From Eledone cirrhosa (taxonomy: Eukaryota), in assembly GCA_964016885.1 (NCBI GenBank), contig OZ024745.1, positions 51,584,001 through 51,648,000 of the forward strand: a stretch of DNA of 64,000 bases. The letters are read 5' to 3'. A model generated the notes under the pieces. That model worked only from the letters and a program-made list of their open reading frames with translations. It was not told the DNA's origin and did not search any database. This document shows positions 38,882 to 54,296 of this stretch, one piece after another (within the stretch, counting starts at the first letter, position 1; each line of letters starts with the position of its first letter). A program made the translations under genes and the position numbers.

Positions 38882-41800
38882 ATGACCTCACTCAGAATAG
38901 GCAGCATAAATGGGCGTCGCTTGGGTTCGTCATGGAAGCAGGGTCACCTGCTCAAGGACCTCAGGTCACTAAACATAGATATAGTGGCCATTAGCGAGAC
39001 CAGAATCTCTGAAGCACGGGCCTTCGCACCGATCTTTGGCGGCTACGATGTGTACGCATCTCCCGGCCGTCCTGGATCGGGAAGTGGATTTGCTGTGCTT
39101 TTTCAGAGAGGTTTGGATCTCGCCATACGGGCCATCTTCCTGGACCCAGAAGGTAAGTTGGTGGTGCTGGACGTGACGAGCGGAGACGGGCAAGCTTTCA
39201 GGCTAGTGGCCGTCTATGCCTCGACAGGAGCAGGGCAGCCTGATTTCTTCCGGCGTCTGGAGACCTTTCTAGGCTCTTTAGTGTTAGTGGGCGACTGGAA
39301 CGGGATCCTAGATGCACGCTGGGACTGTGTGGGATTAGCGGATAGGAGAAGAGGGTGCAATAGCCTCACAAACCTGCTCAGGCGTTTTGGATTGTCTGAC
39401 AGCTACCGATTGGATTTCCCGAATGTGCCAATGTGGACTTGGACAAACCGCATAGGGTCATCCAGATCATATCTAGATATAGTATTTTGTAGGGAAATAG
39501 ATAGGTCTAGCATAGGCTGTCCACAATTCAAGATAGTCAGCTATACGGACCACAAATTCGTGATCAGTGTGCTTGATTTTGATAGGCTTCATAGACGAGG
39601 ACTCGGCTACTGGAAGCTAAACGCGTCCTTACCAGCACGCAAGGCCTACAGAGACTGGATTAGCGAACTAGTTAAGCGGGTGTTGACGGGGGGCCATCGT
39701 CAACAACAAGTGGTGGTTTGCTCTGAAAAGAGCGATTAGAAAAGAGTCCATTAGGTTTAGTAAGGCTTTAGCAATAGAGAAAAATAGAGCAGAGGGAGAA
39801 CTAGTTAGAAAATTAGACGAGGCGCTTAGCAAAGGCACGCGACCGACGTACTTGCTGCGAAATTGGCCCTTGACCAATTCTTCAATGCAAAGCACGAAGG
39901 CTGCTTTGTCAGAGCTAGGGTGCGTGCTCTCAGAAGCGAGGGGACGAAAGCCGTTCAATGGGCCCGAGTGGCGGAGGCGCCTCGTGGCAACAAAGCCACG
40001 ATCGGGTCTTTGGTGGCCCACGACGGGCGCATGCTACTCGATCCCGGGTTAATGTGTGAAGCTTTTCAGCGACACTTCGCTTATCTGTTAGGGGGCAGCG
40101 GTGGGCCGGGTCGAGGGATGGACTTTAGTGTCTACCCCGACGGACTGCTGCGGCTCTCGGCCACTGAGGCGGAGTGTTACGAAAAGTCGATAACAGCCGC
40201 TGAAATACGGCAGGCAATGACAGGCTGCACAAGGGGTAAATCGACTGGTTTCGATGAACTGCCCTATGAACTTTACGTACCGATGCCAGACTTGTTCGGA
40301 GGCCTCTTGGCGGACGTCTACTGCAACTGGCAACAGAACGGGAGAATTCCCAGCTCTGTCAGCCGAGGAGCGGTGGCGCTGCTGAGAAAGGATCCGAACA
40401 AGGGGGATAACATAGATAACTTTAGGCCCATAACTCTGATAAACACAGAGTTCAAGATTTTGGCCAAGGTGCTAGCAAAGAGGTTGGCGCTTGTCGTTGG
40501 TGGTCTGGTGGGAGAGGCACAGACATGCGCCATTCCCGACAGATCCATCCACGACAACCTCCACCTCATGCGATACATCGTAGAGAGGGTAGCTAGGGAA
40601 CCTGGCACGGGTGGGTCTTTGATCAATTTAGATCAGTCGAAAGCCTTCGATAGGGTCGACCATCGTTAGCTAGCGGCAGTTCTGAGGGCGGCTGGCTTTG
40701 GGCCCGTCTTCAGAGGCTGGATCGCTGCCATGCACAGCGACATCTGCTCTGTAGTGAGAGTGAACGGTCACCTTTCGGAACCGTTCAACATCATGCGCTC
40801 GGTCCGCCTAGGATGTCCCCTCTCGTCCCTATTGTACGTATTGACTCTCGAGCCATTACTGCACAAACTGGAGACGTTGAGGGGGGTCCCGCGCGAACTA
40901 GGATGCCGAAGATCCGTGTCAGCATATGCCGACGATGTCACCGTAGTGGTGTCGAACGCCAAACACATCGAGGCGATCGGCACTACACTAAGAGAATACG
41001 AAGCGGTGACAGGAGCAATGATCAACCAGGAAAAGTCAGTGGGCCTGCAGCTCGGCACCTGGAGAGGCAGGCCCATGCCGTCCAACAGCGTCGTCGGGCG
41101 CTGGACGGACGGACCGGTTAAATTGCTAGGGGTCTGGTTCGGTCCAGACCTCCAGACGGACAAAAACTGGGACGAGGTGACGACAGGGTGGCTTCTCTCA
41201 CCCAGAAATGGGCCGAGAGGAAGCTATCCCTGAAAGGTCGAGCGGAGGTGGGGAATGCGTACATCGCATCCGTCATCTACTACCGCATGACCGTCGCACC
41301 TTGTCCTAAGCCCCGCCTGACTGCGCTGGAGCGTTTGCTCTTTCGCTTCTTGTGGAAGGGACGCGCTCCGGTGGTCAGGTGGTCCATCTGCTGTCAACAC
41401 CCGCTACGTGGAGGGCTGGGCATGCCGTGGCTGATGATGCGCAGACACGGGCTCAGGCTACGACATCTCCACCTCTTCCTCGACGGTGATCAGGTGTGGT
41501 CGCCGTTTGCTAGACACGTTTTCCCCCAACTCGTCTCCTTGACGGATCTGCAGTCCTGGGTCAAGCGAAGACCAAGAGGGAGCGCTTGGAGACTGGAATG
41601 TCTTCAGGCGCTCACAGCCCTCGACCAATCGGGCAATGTGATCGGTGGAAACTCCAACTTGGCGTTCTATAGGGGATTAGTGGTGGGGAAGAGCGACGAC
41701 GTACTTGGAGAAACTCTAGGCGTCGACGAAAATCAACTAGCCAATCTCTTCGGAAGGACTTTCGGGCCGGGGCCTATGGACAACTTCCAGAAATCCCTGG

Positions 41801-42291
41801 CCTGGCAGTGCTACCGAGGAGCTTTGCCAGTTCGGGATAAACTCTACAGGCATGGAGGTGCCGTCAGCCGGGCATGTCCGAGATGCGCGCAGGGCGACGA
41901 AACCGTCCTGCACGCACTCGTCCAGTGTCCGAGCATTGCTGACTTGTGGGTTTATGTCGAACACCTGCTGTCACGTGTAGGACGGATCCAGCTATCAGCT
42001 GAGTCCATCGTGAGGATTGCCCCGCGCCCTTCCTTTAGCCGGGAAGGGCAGGCAGTTTTTATCTGTCTGGTGGCCATGGCGAAAGAGATAGTATGGTGGA
42101 CACGTTTGAAAGGGCTGATGACGAGCACTTACCTCTTCGGTGATGCCCTGATTAACTTTTTCAAATTTCATTTGAAAAGGAAAATCACGGTAGAGAGGGA
42201 AGTGATCTCTTCCCAGCATTTTGTTGAAAGATGGGTGAGAGAAGCAAGTATGGCCCGAATGAATGGGCCTTATCTGAGTATGTGTCTGTAA
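38882..42291 (+). pseudogene. Tx1-like ORF2 (APE-RT-zf) of element C
   Basis: GSINGR, ISETR, VYA, GDWN, SYLD, TDH (APE); RT SAYADD; CPRC..HALVQC. Frameshifts near 39690, 39840 and 41185; TAG at 40667. Confidence 0.92.
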
Positions 42292-43289
42292 ATTAAAGGT
42301 GGAAAACTGGGAGAGGGCACTTGCCCTGGTGGTCAGGGCCACTGTGGTCTTTTAATGGGCTTTCTCCACAAATGTCCCTCGGAAGTCTCCCCCCCTATTG
42401 GGGAATTTTTCTTTGTTAATTTATTTCAACCTCTGTTTTTTTTTACACGCAGAAATGCCCATTTGTACCCTCCTGTATTGTCCTGTACTGTCCTTTATGT
42501 AAACCCTTGTTAATAAAGAAAACATTATTATTATTATCATTATTTTAAGGAAGTGTGTTAGGCTGTGAAAGCCGTCGCATTGAATCTTTAAATATTTTGA
42601 TTTCTAAAACAAAATATATTTTGTTAAATTCTGTTAATTGTTGGTGAATAATTTGCTGTAATCGTATTTTCAATAAAGGTTAACGTAAACCTTCGGCCCT
42701 CAGCTGAAAATCTGTATTTAAAATTTGCCAGTATCTTTTAGTCATACAATTGCATGCAGACATGTTCCATCATTGCATACACATGACGGAACAGTCAATT
42801 ATTTTCGTTCAGAGAATAGAACGCTAACACTACTCCGAAAAAGAGAGATTCATTTTTGTCCAAGCCAGGAGAGCAATAGAGACGGTCCAAAATGCCAAAT
42901 AAAATTGGTCAGAACCATACAGCTCTTAATAAGGTTAGGCTGATGTATATCATTAGTTGTGCAAAAGCATGATCTCCAGTACACCGAATAAAATATAAAT
43001 CACATTATATAAAGTCAGTAAAAGGATCTGCCACAATGTAAATGAGGAGACACAGCCTTACAATTTTATAATGTGAAGAACCATCTCGCATTCCAATATT
43101 CAATGGATAATATGATCTAAAACCTAAAAATAACGAACATAGCCTCAGAGATAGACATCTGGAAGCTGGTGGCTTATATCCAGGCAGGAATAGACCAAAA
43201 CAGCAAAGTAAACCTTGGTCAAGTATATAAAAACAAACAATTAGGCAATTAAGTGTCCTCCTTATTCAAATAGATGAAAACAATTTGGA

Positions 43290-43765
43290 AGCCATCCTCG
43301 ACTCCATTATCCTGCCTGGAGCCACCAATCAACCTTAATGTGGTGTTTCGACTTACCACACAGGCCAATTCGTTGAGAGCCGTGAACCCCTGTCTAACAT
43401 TCGAGAGGCCAGGCGCCCATTCTCATTATTCGTTTGACCAAGGACTGCATCTCAGTAAAAGTGAAAACTGGCGAAAGACGAGTCTTACAACCAGCGACCA
43501 CATATGCTCACCATTTAGGAATATATGCAAATGCTGTAGCCTCAAAGCATGTTTTTTGCATCTTCAGCCAAGGCATAATTGTTATTTCATGCAAAGTGTG
43601 TTGGCAGAAGATCAACCGACGGATGAGAAGAAGCTCTTTCATCCACAACCAGTGAAAGAGCAGGCGCTTCAATCTTCTAGGGAAGTGGGACGAATCTGCT
43701 TGTTACCTCGTCCCAGTTTTTATCTATCTGCTTCTCAGGACCGAATCAAACCCCATAAAATTTGA
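43290..43765 (-). mobile_element. Old degraded Tx1-like ORF2 fragment
   Basis: Minus strand reads KHALRLQHLHIFLNGEHMWS..VRLVF, matching RHALRLRHL..FL.G.QVWSPF of A, B and C. Confidence 0.65.
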
Positions 43766-43894
43766 AGAAACATATACAGAACATGTACGGCGCTTACCCG
43801 GTCACGTAATGAAACCAATGATACAAAATATATTTTTGCGACGTAGAAATTAGATAGAAATATTTCTGGAAGAAACAATTGTATTTCCATATGT

Positions 43895-43977
43895 GAAGAA
43901 GAAGAAGAAGAAGAAGAAGAAGAAGAAGAAGAAGAAGAAGAAGAAGAAGAAGAAGAAGAAGAAGAAGAAGAAGAAGA
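43895..43977. repeat. (GAA)n microsatellite
   Basis: Direct reading. Confidence 0.98.
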
Positions 43978-44101
43978 ATATCATGATTAAGTGACGTATC
44001 GAAGGCACACACATTTATGGACCATTTATTAACGTTGGAAAATATTTGAATATATAAATATATATATGTATATATATACGTATATATATATATATATATA
44101 T

Positions 44102-44421
44102 AAGAGGGTGTTAAAGTTTGCTTGAAGCATTGTGAAATGTGTAAAATACGTAGTTTAGAAAGCCACAACAATGCAGAGGGAAATCTCGAGGTAGGAAGTG
44201 AATGATAGATAAGAGAAATAGGAGAAAGTGAAAATAGAGAGAGACAAAGATGAAAACAAAACAAAGGTAGAAGGGTTATCGTAGTGGAGGGTAACCCTTC
44301 TGCCTTTGTTTTGTTTTCATCTTTGTCTCTCTCTATTTTCACTTTCTCCTATTTCTCTTATCTATCATTCACTTCCTACCTCGAGATTTCCCTCTGCATT
44401 GTTGTGGCTTTCTAAACTACG

Positions 44422-44422
<1 letters not shown>
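44102..44422. mobile_element. Two-armed foldback insertion in (TA)n, family E3 (second copy)
   Basis: Arms ~44147-44280 and ~44290-44422 inverted; close sequence match to 24597-25077. Confidence 0.87.
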
Positions 44423-44453
<31 letters not shown>

Positions 44454-44459
44454 TATATC

Positions 44460-45610
44460 AAACTCAGACTCAGAAGCTCCCGCGTCTTGCGACGCATGAG
44501 GCAATCATAGTGTTCCACCGCGTTCGGTCAGCAGCCAGTTGCACAGCGTCCCGCCATTGTCTGTTTGTCGCTCGCAGGTCCCTCTCAACTGTCTGGCGCC
44601 GGTTCATTTTGGGTCGCCCTCTCCGTCTGCTTCCCTCTGGGTTCCATTTAAGTACTTGGTTCGCCAGTCTCTCCGGGGGAAGTCTCAAAGCGTGCCCAAA
44701 CCAGCCCAGGCGTCGTTTGCAGATGGCAGAAGAGACTAGCTGCTGGTTGGTGCGGTTCCTGACTTCCTGGTTTGTTACATGGTCACTCCATTTAATCCCC
44801 AGGATCTTTCGCATACACCTGGAATCGAATGCGTCCAACTTCTTCTCTTGGCTGGTCTTAAGGTGCCATGCTTCACTTCCGTACAAGAGTATGGACAGCA
44901 CGTTGCTGTTGTAGAATCTCATCTTTGTTTTGAGGGTGAATTTCTTGCTCTTCCAGATCTTGACAAGCTGGTTAAATGCTGCTGAAGCCTTTCCCATTCT
45001 ACATTGCAATTCACTGTCCATGGCGCCCCCATTGTCAATGGAGCTTCCTAGGTAGGTGAAGTTGTCCACTATCTCCACCTCCCCCTGTTCAATGAAAACA
45101 CTAATTGGTGATGGGTGTGTCCCAGATAACATGCTTTTGGTCTTCTTAGCACTGATATTGAGACCTAAGCTTCCTGCTTCGACATTGATATTGTTCATAA
45201 TGATTTGCTGGTCAGCTGTGCTCTCTGCAAGTGCAACAATATCGTCCGCAAAGTCCAGGTCAGACAACTTTTGCTCTCCCACCCAAGATATACCCTTGTC
45301 TTTAGACGCTCTTCTCAGTACCCAGTCAATGGCTATGTCAAAGAGAATTGGAGAGAGCGAGCAGCCCTGACGCACACCAGTAACCACCTCAAACCAGTCA
45401 CTGTAACCATCCTCTGTCCGTATGCAGCACTTGAAGTTTGCGTAAATTTGTTTGTTTGCCGAAATGACTTTCTGCTGCAGACCATACTCATGCATGATGC
45501 TGCAGAGTGACGGTCGATGAATGCTATCGAATGCCTTGGAGAAATCGATGAAGCTGACGGCGAGGGGCATCTGGAATTCGTTGTACCTCTCAATGATGCG
45601 GCGTAACGTA
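44460..45610 (-). mobile_element. 5'-truncated RTE-clade LINE (RT domain and C-terminus)
   Basis: ORF 44470-45570: FIDFSKAFDS, GVRQGCSLSP, DLDFADDI, FTYLGS, LLYGSEAW, RRLGWFGH, RRRGRP. Short (CTGAGT)2 tail; between (TA)n tracts. Confidence 0.92.
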
Positions 45611-45613
45611 AAA

Positions 45614-45656
<43 letters not shown>

Positions 45657-45661
<5 letters not shown>

Positions 45662-46456
45662 CAATATGTTGAAAAGGTAACACACTAGAGAGAGATACAG
45701 TGTGCTATCAATAAAACAGGGGAAAACCACCAGTGTATGGAATCTATAACCTATGAAAGGCAGAGTAGTCACACGTTAATTAAAAATATTAATTACATTC
45801 TAAATACATACCTCTATAACTATATAACACACGTACAAATCCAAAGAGATCTGTTTCGCCAGTAAGGATTTCTTCTCATTTGAGCACATTATTGACAGGG
45901 AATAGTGAGATTCTATGGCTCCGTTAATTTATCGTGATATTTCGCTCCTTATAACAGTCTATCCTCTCTCTCAGTTTGGATGAGCACACCTCTCTGAATG
46001 GTTTTGGGCTGCCCTTTCTAGCAGCTCGTCCCTCACTGCCCTCAAACACGCTGTGACTTCTCTCTCCCACGTGTAGCTGGACGGTCGCTTAAATTCACTT
46101 AGTGTTGTCTGAAATGTATAGCCTTACACACGCTGATGAACCATGGGTTATTTAATTTCTGTCAACAACTTACTGGCGAAACAGATCTCTTTGGATTTGT
46201 ACGTGTGTTATATAGTTATAGAGGTGTGTATTTACACTTTAATTAATATTTTTAATTATTGTGTGTCTACTCTGCCTTTCATAGGTTATAGATTCCATAC
46301 ACTGGTGGTTTTTCCCTGTTTTATTGATGGCGCACTGTATCTCTCTCTAGTGTGTTACCTTTTCAACATATTGTATTTTAAAGAGCTCAGGATTTCTTCT
46401 CCTTTGAGCACATTATTGACAGTGAATAGCGAGTGTCTATGGTTCCGTTAATTTAT

Positions 46457-46462
<6 letters not shown>
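45657..46462. mobile_element. Retrozyme-like insertion E4: 524-bp hammerhead unit (minus arm 45657-45866, plus arm 45866-46462) in (TA)n
   Basis: GGATTTCTTCTC at 45866 and 46390 (524). The left arm is the reverse complement of ~46169-46377. Confidence 0.86.
46126..46208 (+). ncRNA. Full-length type I hammerhead ribozyme (E4)
   Basis: ACACACG-CTGATGA(46133)-ACCATGGGTT..AACTTACTGGC-GAAA(46178)-CAGATCT CTTT GGATTTG-TA-CGTGTGT. 7-bp stem I, hairpin stem III, GUA triplet; predicted cut after A46201. Confidence 0.85.
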
Positions 46463-46512
<50 letters not shown>

Positions 46513-47102
46513 ATTTTGAATTGAAATTGGCAAGCAATACCAATCGATCACTTAGTTAACAGTGTTTAACTTAGTGAGGTATTCACATACATTTTTAATG
46601 AGATCATTTCTTTAATGTCAAAATTGATTGATAGATTTAATTTTGAAATATGTAATTATGAAAATACAATCAGTATATATAATCATCTGATAGGTTTTTC
46701 TTCAATACTGAAGAATGTTGATAACTTATGGAAAGAAAACTAACCGAGAAAAGCCAAAAAACTATTAAACCAAACACTGACACACACTGACACACACACA
46801 CACACATGCGCACGCGCGACCGCGCTCACTGAATGCGCATATGTATGTGGTGAATCATTGAACGGTGACTATATTGGACCAGGTTCTCTAGATTTTCAGT
46901 CGATCTAATCGCACTAATTCAGTCGATCTAATCGAAACAATTAATTATCGTGTCTTCTTTTCTATCTCTTTTTGTCGAAATCGTAAATACGAGACTTCAA
47001 GAAACACATACTCTCATAGAGACACAGGCACACGCACACACCCACACACTCGCACACATACACATACATTTATGTGTGAGTGTGTGTGTGTCTGTTAAAT
47101 AA

Positions 47103-47257
47103 CTATTTCTACTTTTGCCACAAGGCCAGCAATTATAACAGTGTATTACTGGTACTTTATTTTATTGATCCCGTAAGGATGAAAGACAAAGTTAACCTCG
47201 GCGGGATTTGAACTCAGACCACAAAGGGCCGTAACTCTTTGCTGCATAAAGGGCCGT
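47103..47257 (-). mobile_element. SINE copy (5'-truncated)
   Basis: Reverse complement of SINE core and tail. Confidence 0.82.
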
Positions 47258-48290
47258 AAACAATTAGAAACTTCAGCATAACTATGTATATTACATTTTC
47301 TATTAATAAGTAAACATATTACGTTACCTTGCATAAAATTTGCATGAAATTTGCTTAAGCAACATAAAACATACTGAAGCAGAATGTGGAGAAACAAAGG
47401 AATGACTGTTCTTTAAGTGATACTTTATATAATACTGATAATCGTTTCCTATCAATTTATTAAAGACAATTCAATAACTCTGAGTGTCACTAATGTGGTT
47501 GCATTCAAAATTTGGTGACAACTTAGCATCCGAAATTTCAGAGCGCATATTTTCACATTATAAATTAATACAACATTCTAATTCAAATTCATAAGCACAT
47601 ACAAAACCTCGTAGCCATTCGCTAATAACAATCCCCGAAGTAAAATATTACTATCAATAGTATAATGGCAGTATCTCTTAATTTATTCTAGAAATTAAAT
47701 ACAGAACAATGAGGCTGTCCTTATCAATGTTTCAAACAAAATCCCATGGGATTTACACAGAATGAATAAAAAGACCTTACGCTGCTTCCCGGATGACAAT
47801 GTATGAGTAGATAACTTTGTTAAAGAAAACGCGGAATATTCTGGCAGTAATATATGTGCAATAGTATCAGTCATAATGTTTATTTTAGAAATTAATATTC
47901 CGTTTAAACCGGTATTTGCTTCATTCTTAGATATCGATAATATGTTCCTGAGTGCATTACGAATTTAATTCTCTTTCAAAAGTCAACATATCTCAGAGTA
48001 TTTAAAGTAGTTCTTAATTTAGCATCCGTATGTATAGTTTATGACGCAAAACTTCAAATCAGACATACTTTTATATTAAATTACAACAGAAATACTGACC
48101 AATTTAGCGAGACGAATGAATATGAATTCTGAATAAAGTAGCCTTCATAAATTTCATATAATTAATATAGATAACTATGCTATCATATCGGTCATTAAAT
48201 GCCCACACATCCTCGGGTGCGTGCACATTCACATGCATATAAATACACACTCACACACATACATACACACACTTATATATATATATATAT

Positions 48291-49310
48291 CATACTGGCT
48301 ACGCATGTTACCTAGTGATCATGCACCCTTAAAACTTTCTATATACACAAGTATGCGTGTTCTTGCACGTGGATATGCCTTCATGTTCTAGCTGCATATG
48401 AACGATTTTATGTATACAGATTGAACGCATAGCTCAGTGTCTGTGCATGTGTGTCATATCTCACATAATGCCAAATTTGTTACAGTTAAGAATATATATA
48501 TATATATATAAAATAAATATACACGGGTGTGTGTGATTGTGTTAGAAGATTATATTAATAAAAGGAAATCAAACTTTGTCTGATTTACTCGTTTTATTTA
48601 CAATCCTTTAACATTATAATGGTATTAGAATGAAATAGTATGGTAGAATAGTAAATGTTAAGTGTTAATTGAACAAGTACTTTCATGCTTTCACAATCAA
48701 CAGGTTCATAATGTGTGGTGACAGTCACGTTTGCAATTTTCAACTGTAATGAGAGTGGTAAATTTTGTGCCTAATATACAGTGAAAAGTGGCTACAGAAT
48801 GTTAAATTTTGCAAACTGTATTTCGACCAATCGGTGTGTAGTTTCACTGGATTACTAAAGCTGATTGGTTTAGGCGTCACGGTTGGTTGAGCATATCTAA
48901 CGAAATCTATTTGACCCTGTCCAAAACATTAATTGTTTTGCTATTTTTTAGAAATCATGAAAACAGCATTTTCTAGTAATCATCTCCATCAACATCCAAA
49001 GAAGAGAATTTTATTATAAATTCCAGCCCAAGCTAAATGAAAAATAATAATGGGGTATTACTCCTACTATAACTATGATTACGACCATGTCGACTACCAC
49101 CACTAACAACAACAACAACAACAACAATAATAATAAAAGTGATGTCACCCCAGAATATGAACGTAAAGATTGCGAAAGCATGAAAGTACTTGTTCAATTA
49201 AAACTTAACATTTAATATTCTACCATACTATTTCATTCTAATACCATTATAATTTTAAAGGTTTGTAAATAAAACGAGTAAATCAGACAAAGTTGGTATT
49301 CCTTTTATTA

Positions 49311-49341
<31 letters not shown>

Positions 49342-49438
49342 CACAGCTCACACATGTATATATTTATTCTATTACCTAAAACAAATTTAGCATTATGCGA
49401 CTTATGATACCCATGCATAAACACCCAAGTATGCGGTT

Positions 49439-49490
<52 letters not shown>

Positions 49491-49642
49491 TAAAATAACA
49501 GATTAAAGTTTAAGCAAAGAATTCTTTGCTTAAACTTGAATCTGTTATAATAATAAATATTTGCTCTTCGGTTCTTATATATTTGATATATATTTTCCTT
49601 ATCGAGCCCTCTTTGGATTTTAGTCTTCAATTTTATTATTAT

Positions 49643-49685
<43 letters not shown>

Positions 49686-50670
49686 AATACCTTATCGGAG
49701 AAAGCCTTTAGCGATACTCCGGTCAAATCCCAACTCACTCAACTAACATTAGGAAATTGAAAAAATATCCATGTGTGTACATCGTTTGATGACACACATA
49801 GATATTTTCTCGGGCAAAATAACAGAATGAGATACAAGAAACAATCAATATTCATATATAAAAAAATAAACAAAGAGAGTCAAACATTATATCGGGATGT
49901 TCATATCTCTTGCACCAAGAGTAAATAAATAAATACATTATCGGAGAAAGCTTTTAGCGATACTCCGGCCAAATCTCAACTCACTCAACAAACATGAGGA
50001 AATAAGTGAGTATATTCCTAATTAAACGTTCGGGGTGCTAACTAATTGTATTGTGTGGAAAATTGGCTGTATTATTTCATATGAGACATATCGAATAAAA
50101 CTCTTCTCAGACGGACATCTCGTTTCATTATAAGATTCCTACAATTTGGGTGAAATTATACCAATTAATGTAGGAGCTTGTATAAGATCAACAGATACAT
50201 ATTCCAGTGGGCTCTTATAATCCTTCAGTGGGTGCCCAATAATACAAATATTGATAATCAAATCAATATCAGTATTTAGTGATAATCACCATCAGTGCTT
50301 GAGGTATCTGCTAGGTTGCTACTCTAGCAGTTCTAAAGAAATACTCAAACTGGTTCAAAAATAAGGAAGATTACCGCCAAAAAAACAATACATGCGCAGG
50401 ACCATGAATTCCAAAAGGAATTCAGGCCACGTGCTAGAACTCAATTGGAAATTGAACAAATATCCATGTGATAACACACATAGATATTTTCTCGGGCAAA
50501 ATAACAGAATGAGATACAAGAAACAATCAATATTCATATATACAAAAATAAATATATATATATATATATAACCACATATTTATGTGTTTATGCATGTGTA
50601 TCATAAGTCGCATAATGCTAAATTTGTTATATGTAATAGAATAAATATATACATGTGTGAGCGGTGTATG

Positions 50671-50711
<41 letters not shown>

Positions 50712-50910
50712 TTAACTGTAACAAATTTGGCATTATGTGAGATATGACACTCATGCACAGACACTGAGCTATGCGTTCAAACTGTATACATAAAATCGTT
50801 CATATGCAGCTAGAACATGAAGGCATATCCACGTGCAAGAACACGCATACTCGTGTATATAGAAAAGTTTAAGGGTGCATGATCACTAGGTAACATGCGT
50901 AGCCGGTATG
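48291..50910. repeat. Nested inverted/direct repeat complex interleaved with (TA)n
   Basis: Inverted pairs 48291-48493/50708-50910, 48551-48698/49168-49313, 49340-49425/50583-50670. Direct pairs 49685-49755/49931-50002 and 49756-49870/50448-50552. Confidence 0.82.
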
Positions 50911-51964
50911 GTGTCAAAATTATATGAGCACTTTACGTAAATCATACAACGCAGTGCAAATCATACAACAACATCATTAAAACACGTGCGAAATAAATCG
51001 TAATACACGTTTAATGTCATTTGACATGATATACGGGATGTGTCAGAAAACTTAAGTGCGTTATATTAGAATATTGAAGGTTAAATGCAGGGTTCTGAGG
51101 TGCATGTGTATGTGTGTATGCGCGCGTTGGTGTGTGTGCGCGCGTGTGGTGTGTGTTTGTGTGTATGTGTGTGTTTGTGAATTTATGTGTGTTCATGGCA
51201 TTAAGAAACATGTCATATTGATTTATCTTATGTGTGTTATTGTTTGGTTAGTCATAGGCGATAAATGCAACATCCATAATATTTGCTGTCAATTAGGCTA
51301 ATATTGTCGAATTTGGTAATTATATTTTTTTTTACGTGGGATTGCACTAAACTCTAGAGAATTATAGATCTTAAGTGAAACAATTGAGGGCAATGGTTAT
51401 TGCTACTTTGAATGTAAACTACAATGGGAATTACGTTATAAAGTGATAAGTGAATAAATTACGTGTGCTTAAAATTAATGGCATGGGATAGGATAGTACA
51501 CATAATGTAGATTATCACTAGCTGTATTGCTATTAGTTTGGGAATATGTTGCATCCGTAGGTGATACTTTTATAGATAACCATATTTTGTAGAATGTGCT
51601 AATATAGGGTTTGCCAACAGGAAGATCAAGTATATTGTTTTTGCTAATAGTCTGAATGACGGAAAGTAATCTGTGACTGATGAAGGGAATATAGCTTTAT
51701 GTTAGATCTAATTCGTACAGGATCTAGAATTTGCGAGTCCTTCTGTGTGAAATGATTGTCATAGTTGTAATTGACAAACGTAGTTTGTAAAGACCAGCAC
51801 CAGCTATGCTTATTTATTAGACAACAACAGTCATAATTCCACATGCATATAATTTCATGAGGAATAACAAACTTAATGGGCTGTGGTAAATTAACGCCAT
51901 GCTAATGCTATAAACAAAATGCACTTATGTTTGTAGAAACTATCACTAAATATATAAATAAGTA

Positions 51965-52129
51965 ATAATTGTTTCTACATTTGGCACAAGGCCAGCTAAT
52001 ACCCAGTGCATTACTGGTACTTTATTTTATCGACCCCGTAAGGATGAAAGGCAAAGTCAACCTCGGCGGGATTTGAACTCAGATGGTAAAGGGACGTAAC
52101 TATGCTGGAAAGCATAGCGTCCGAGCCTC

Positions 52130-52130
<1 letters not shown>
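51965..52130 (-). mobile_element. SINE copy
   Basis: Reverse complement of SINE core; abuts the PLE fragment. Confidence 0.83.
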
Positions 52131-53620
<1,490 letters not shown>

Positions 53621-54176
53621 ATATGTGTATATGGATGTGTATGTATGTGTATGTGTGTACACATGGACTAGAGTATGTATGTATATATGTGTGTGTCTAT
53701 ACGTGTGTATATAAAGATAAGTTGAGTATGAAAATGTATACACATGAGCGCGTATGTATGTACATGAATACATGTGTGTATATATATGTGTATGCATGTG
53801 TATATATATGTAAGTATGAATATGTGAATTGTGAGTATATGTATTTTGTAGAGGTGTGCAAATATATTTGTGTGTGAATGCGTGGGTGAAAGGATACGTA
53901 CACTTGAAAGAAAAATTTAAGTCTGAATGTTAATTAAGTGCAAACACAAAACCAACCACGCATATCTTTACTATCTCTAATCCTTCTATAGATTTAGAAA
54001 AATAACCAATAATATATTCTATAAAAAATGTCAAAACAACAGATGGGAATCTAATTACTCACTGCCACCAAGAATTCTCACTGCTATCGAAAAACCACTC
54101 CTTCAACTATTCTTCTAACAACTTCACCCCTCCCTCCTAATATTCTCTATAAAAACTAAATAGGTCCTCAGTAATA

Positions 54177-54296
54177 TTATTCTGATGAAATGACAGTAAA
54201 TAATAACATTGAAATATTGAATGTCTGCATAACGAAAAGTTTGTAGATAGCAGCTGTTTTAGGTTATGTAACTGTTATAGAAACACGTGTCAATAA
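54177..54296 (+). ncRNA. Type I hammerhead with long branched stem II (PLE 3'-end relic)
   Basis: TTATT-CTGATGA(54182)-A-ATGACAGT..ACTGTTAT-A-GAAA(54280)-CACGTG-TC-AATAA. Stem I TTATT/AATAA overlaps AATAAA; palindromic ACACGTGT. Confidence 0.78.

Larger units (their letters stand above)
36529..42522 (+). mobile_element. Tx1/L1-clade non-LTR retrotransposon C, full length with a few lesions
   Basis: 5' UTR, ORF1 (~36745-38830, knuckle CFRCGSKTHLRAFC), ORF2 38882-42291, 3' UTR ending AATAAAGAAAAC(ATT)n; preceded by (TTA)n 36509-36528. Confidence 0.94.
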
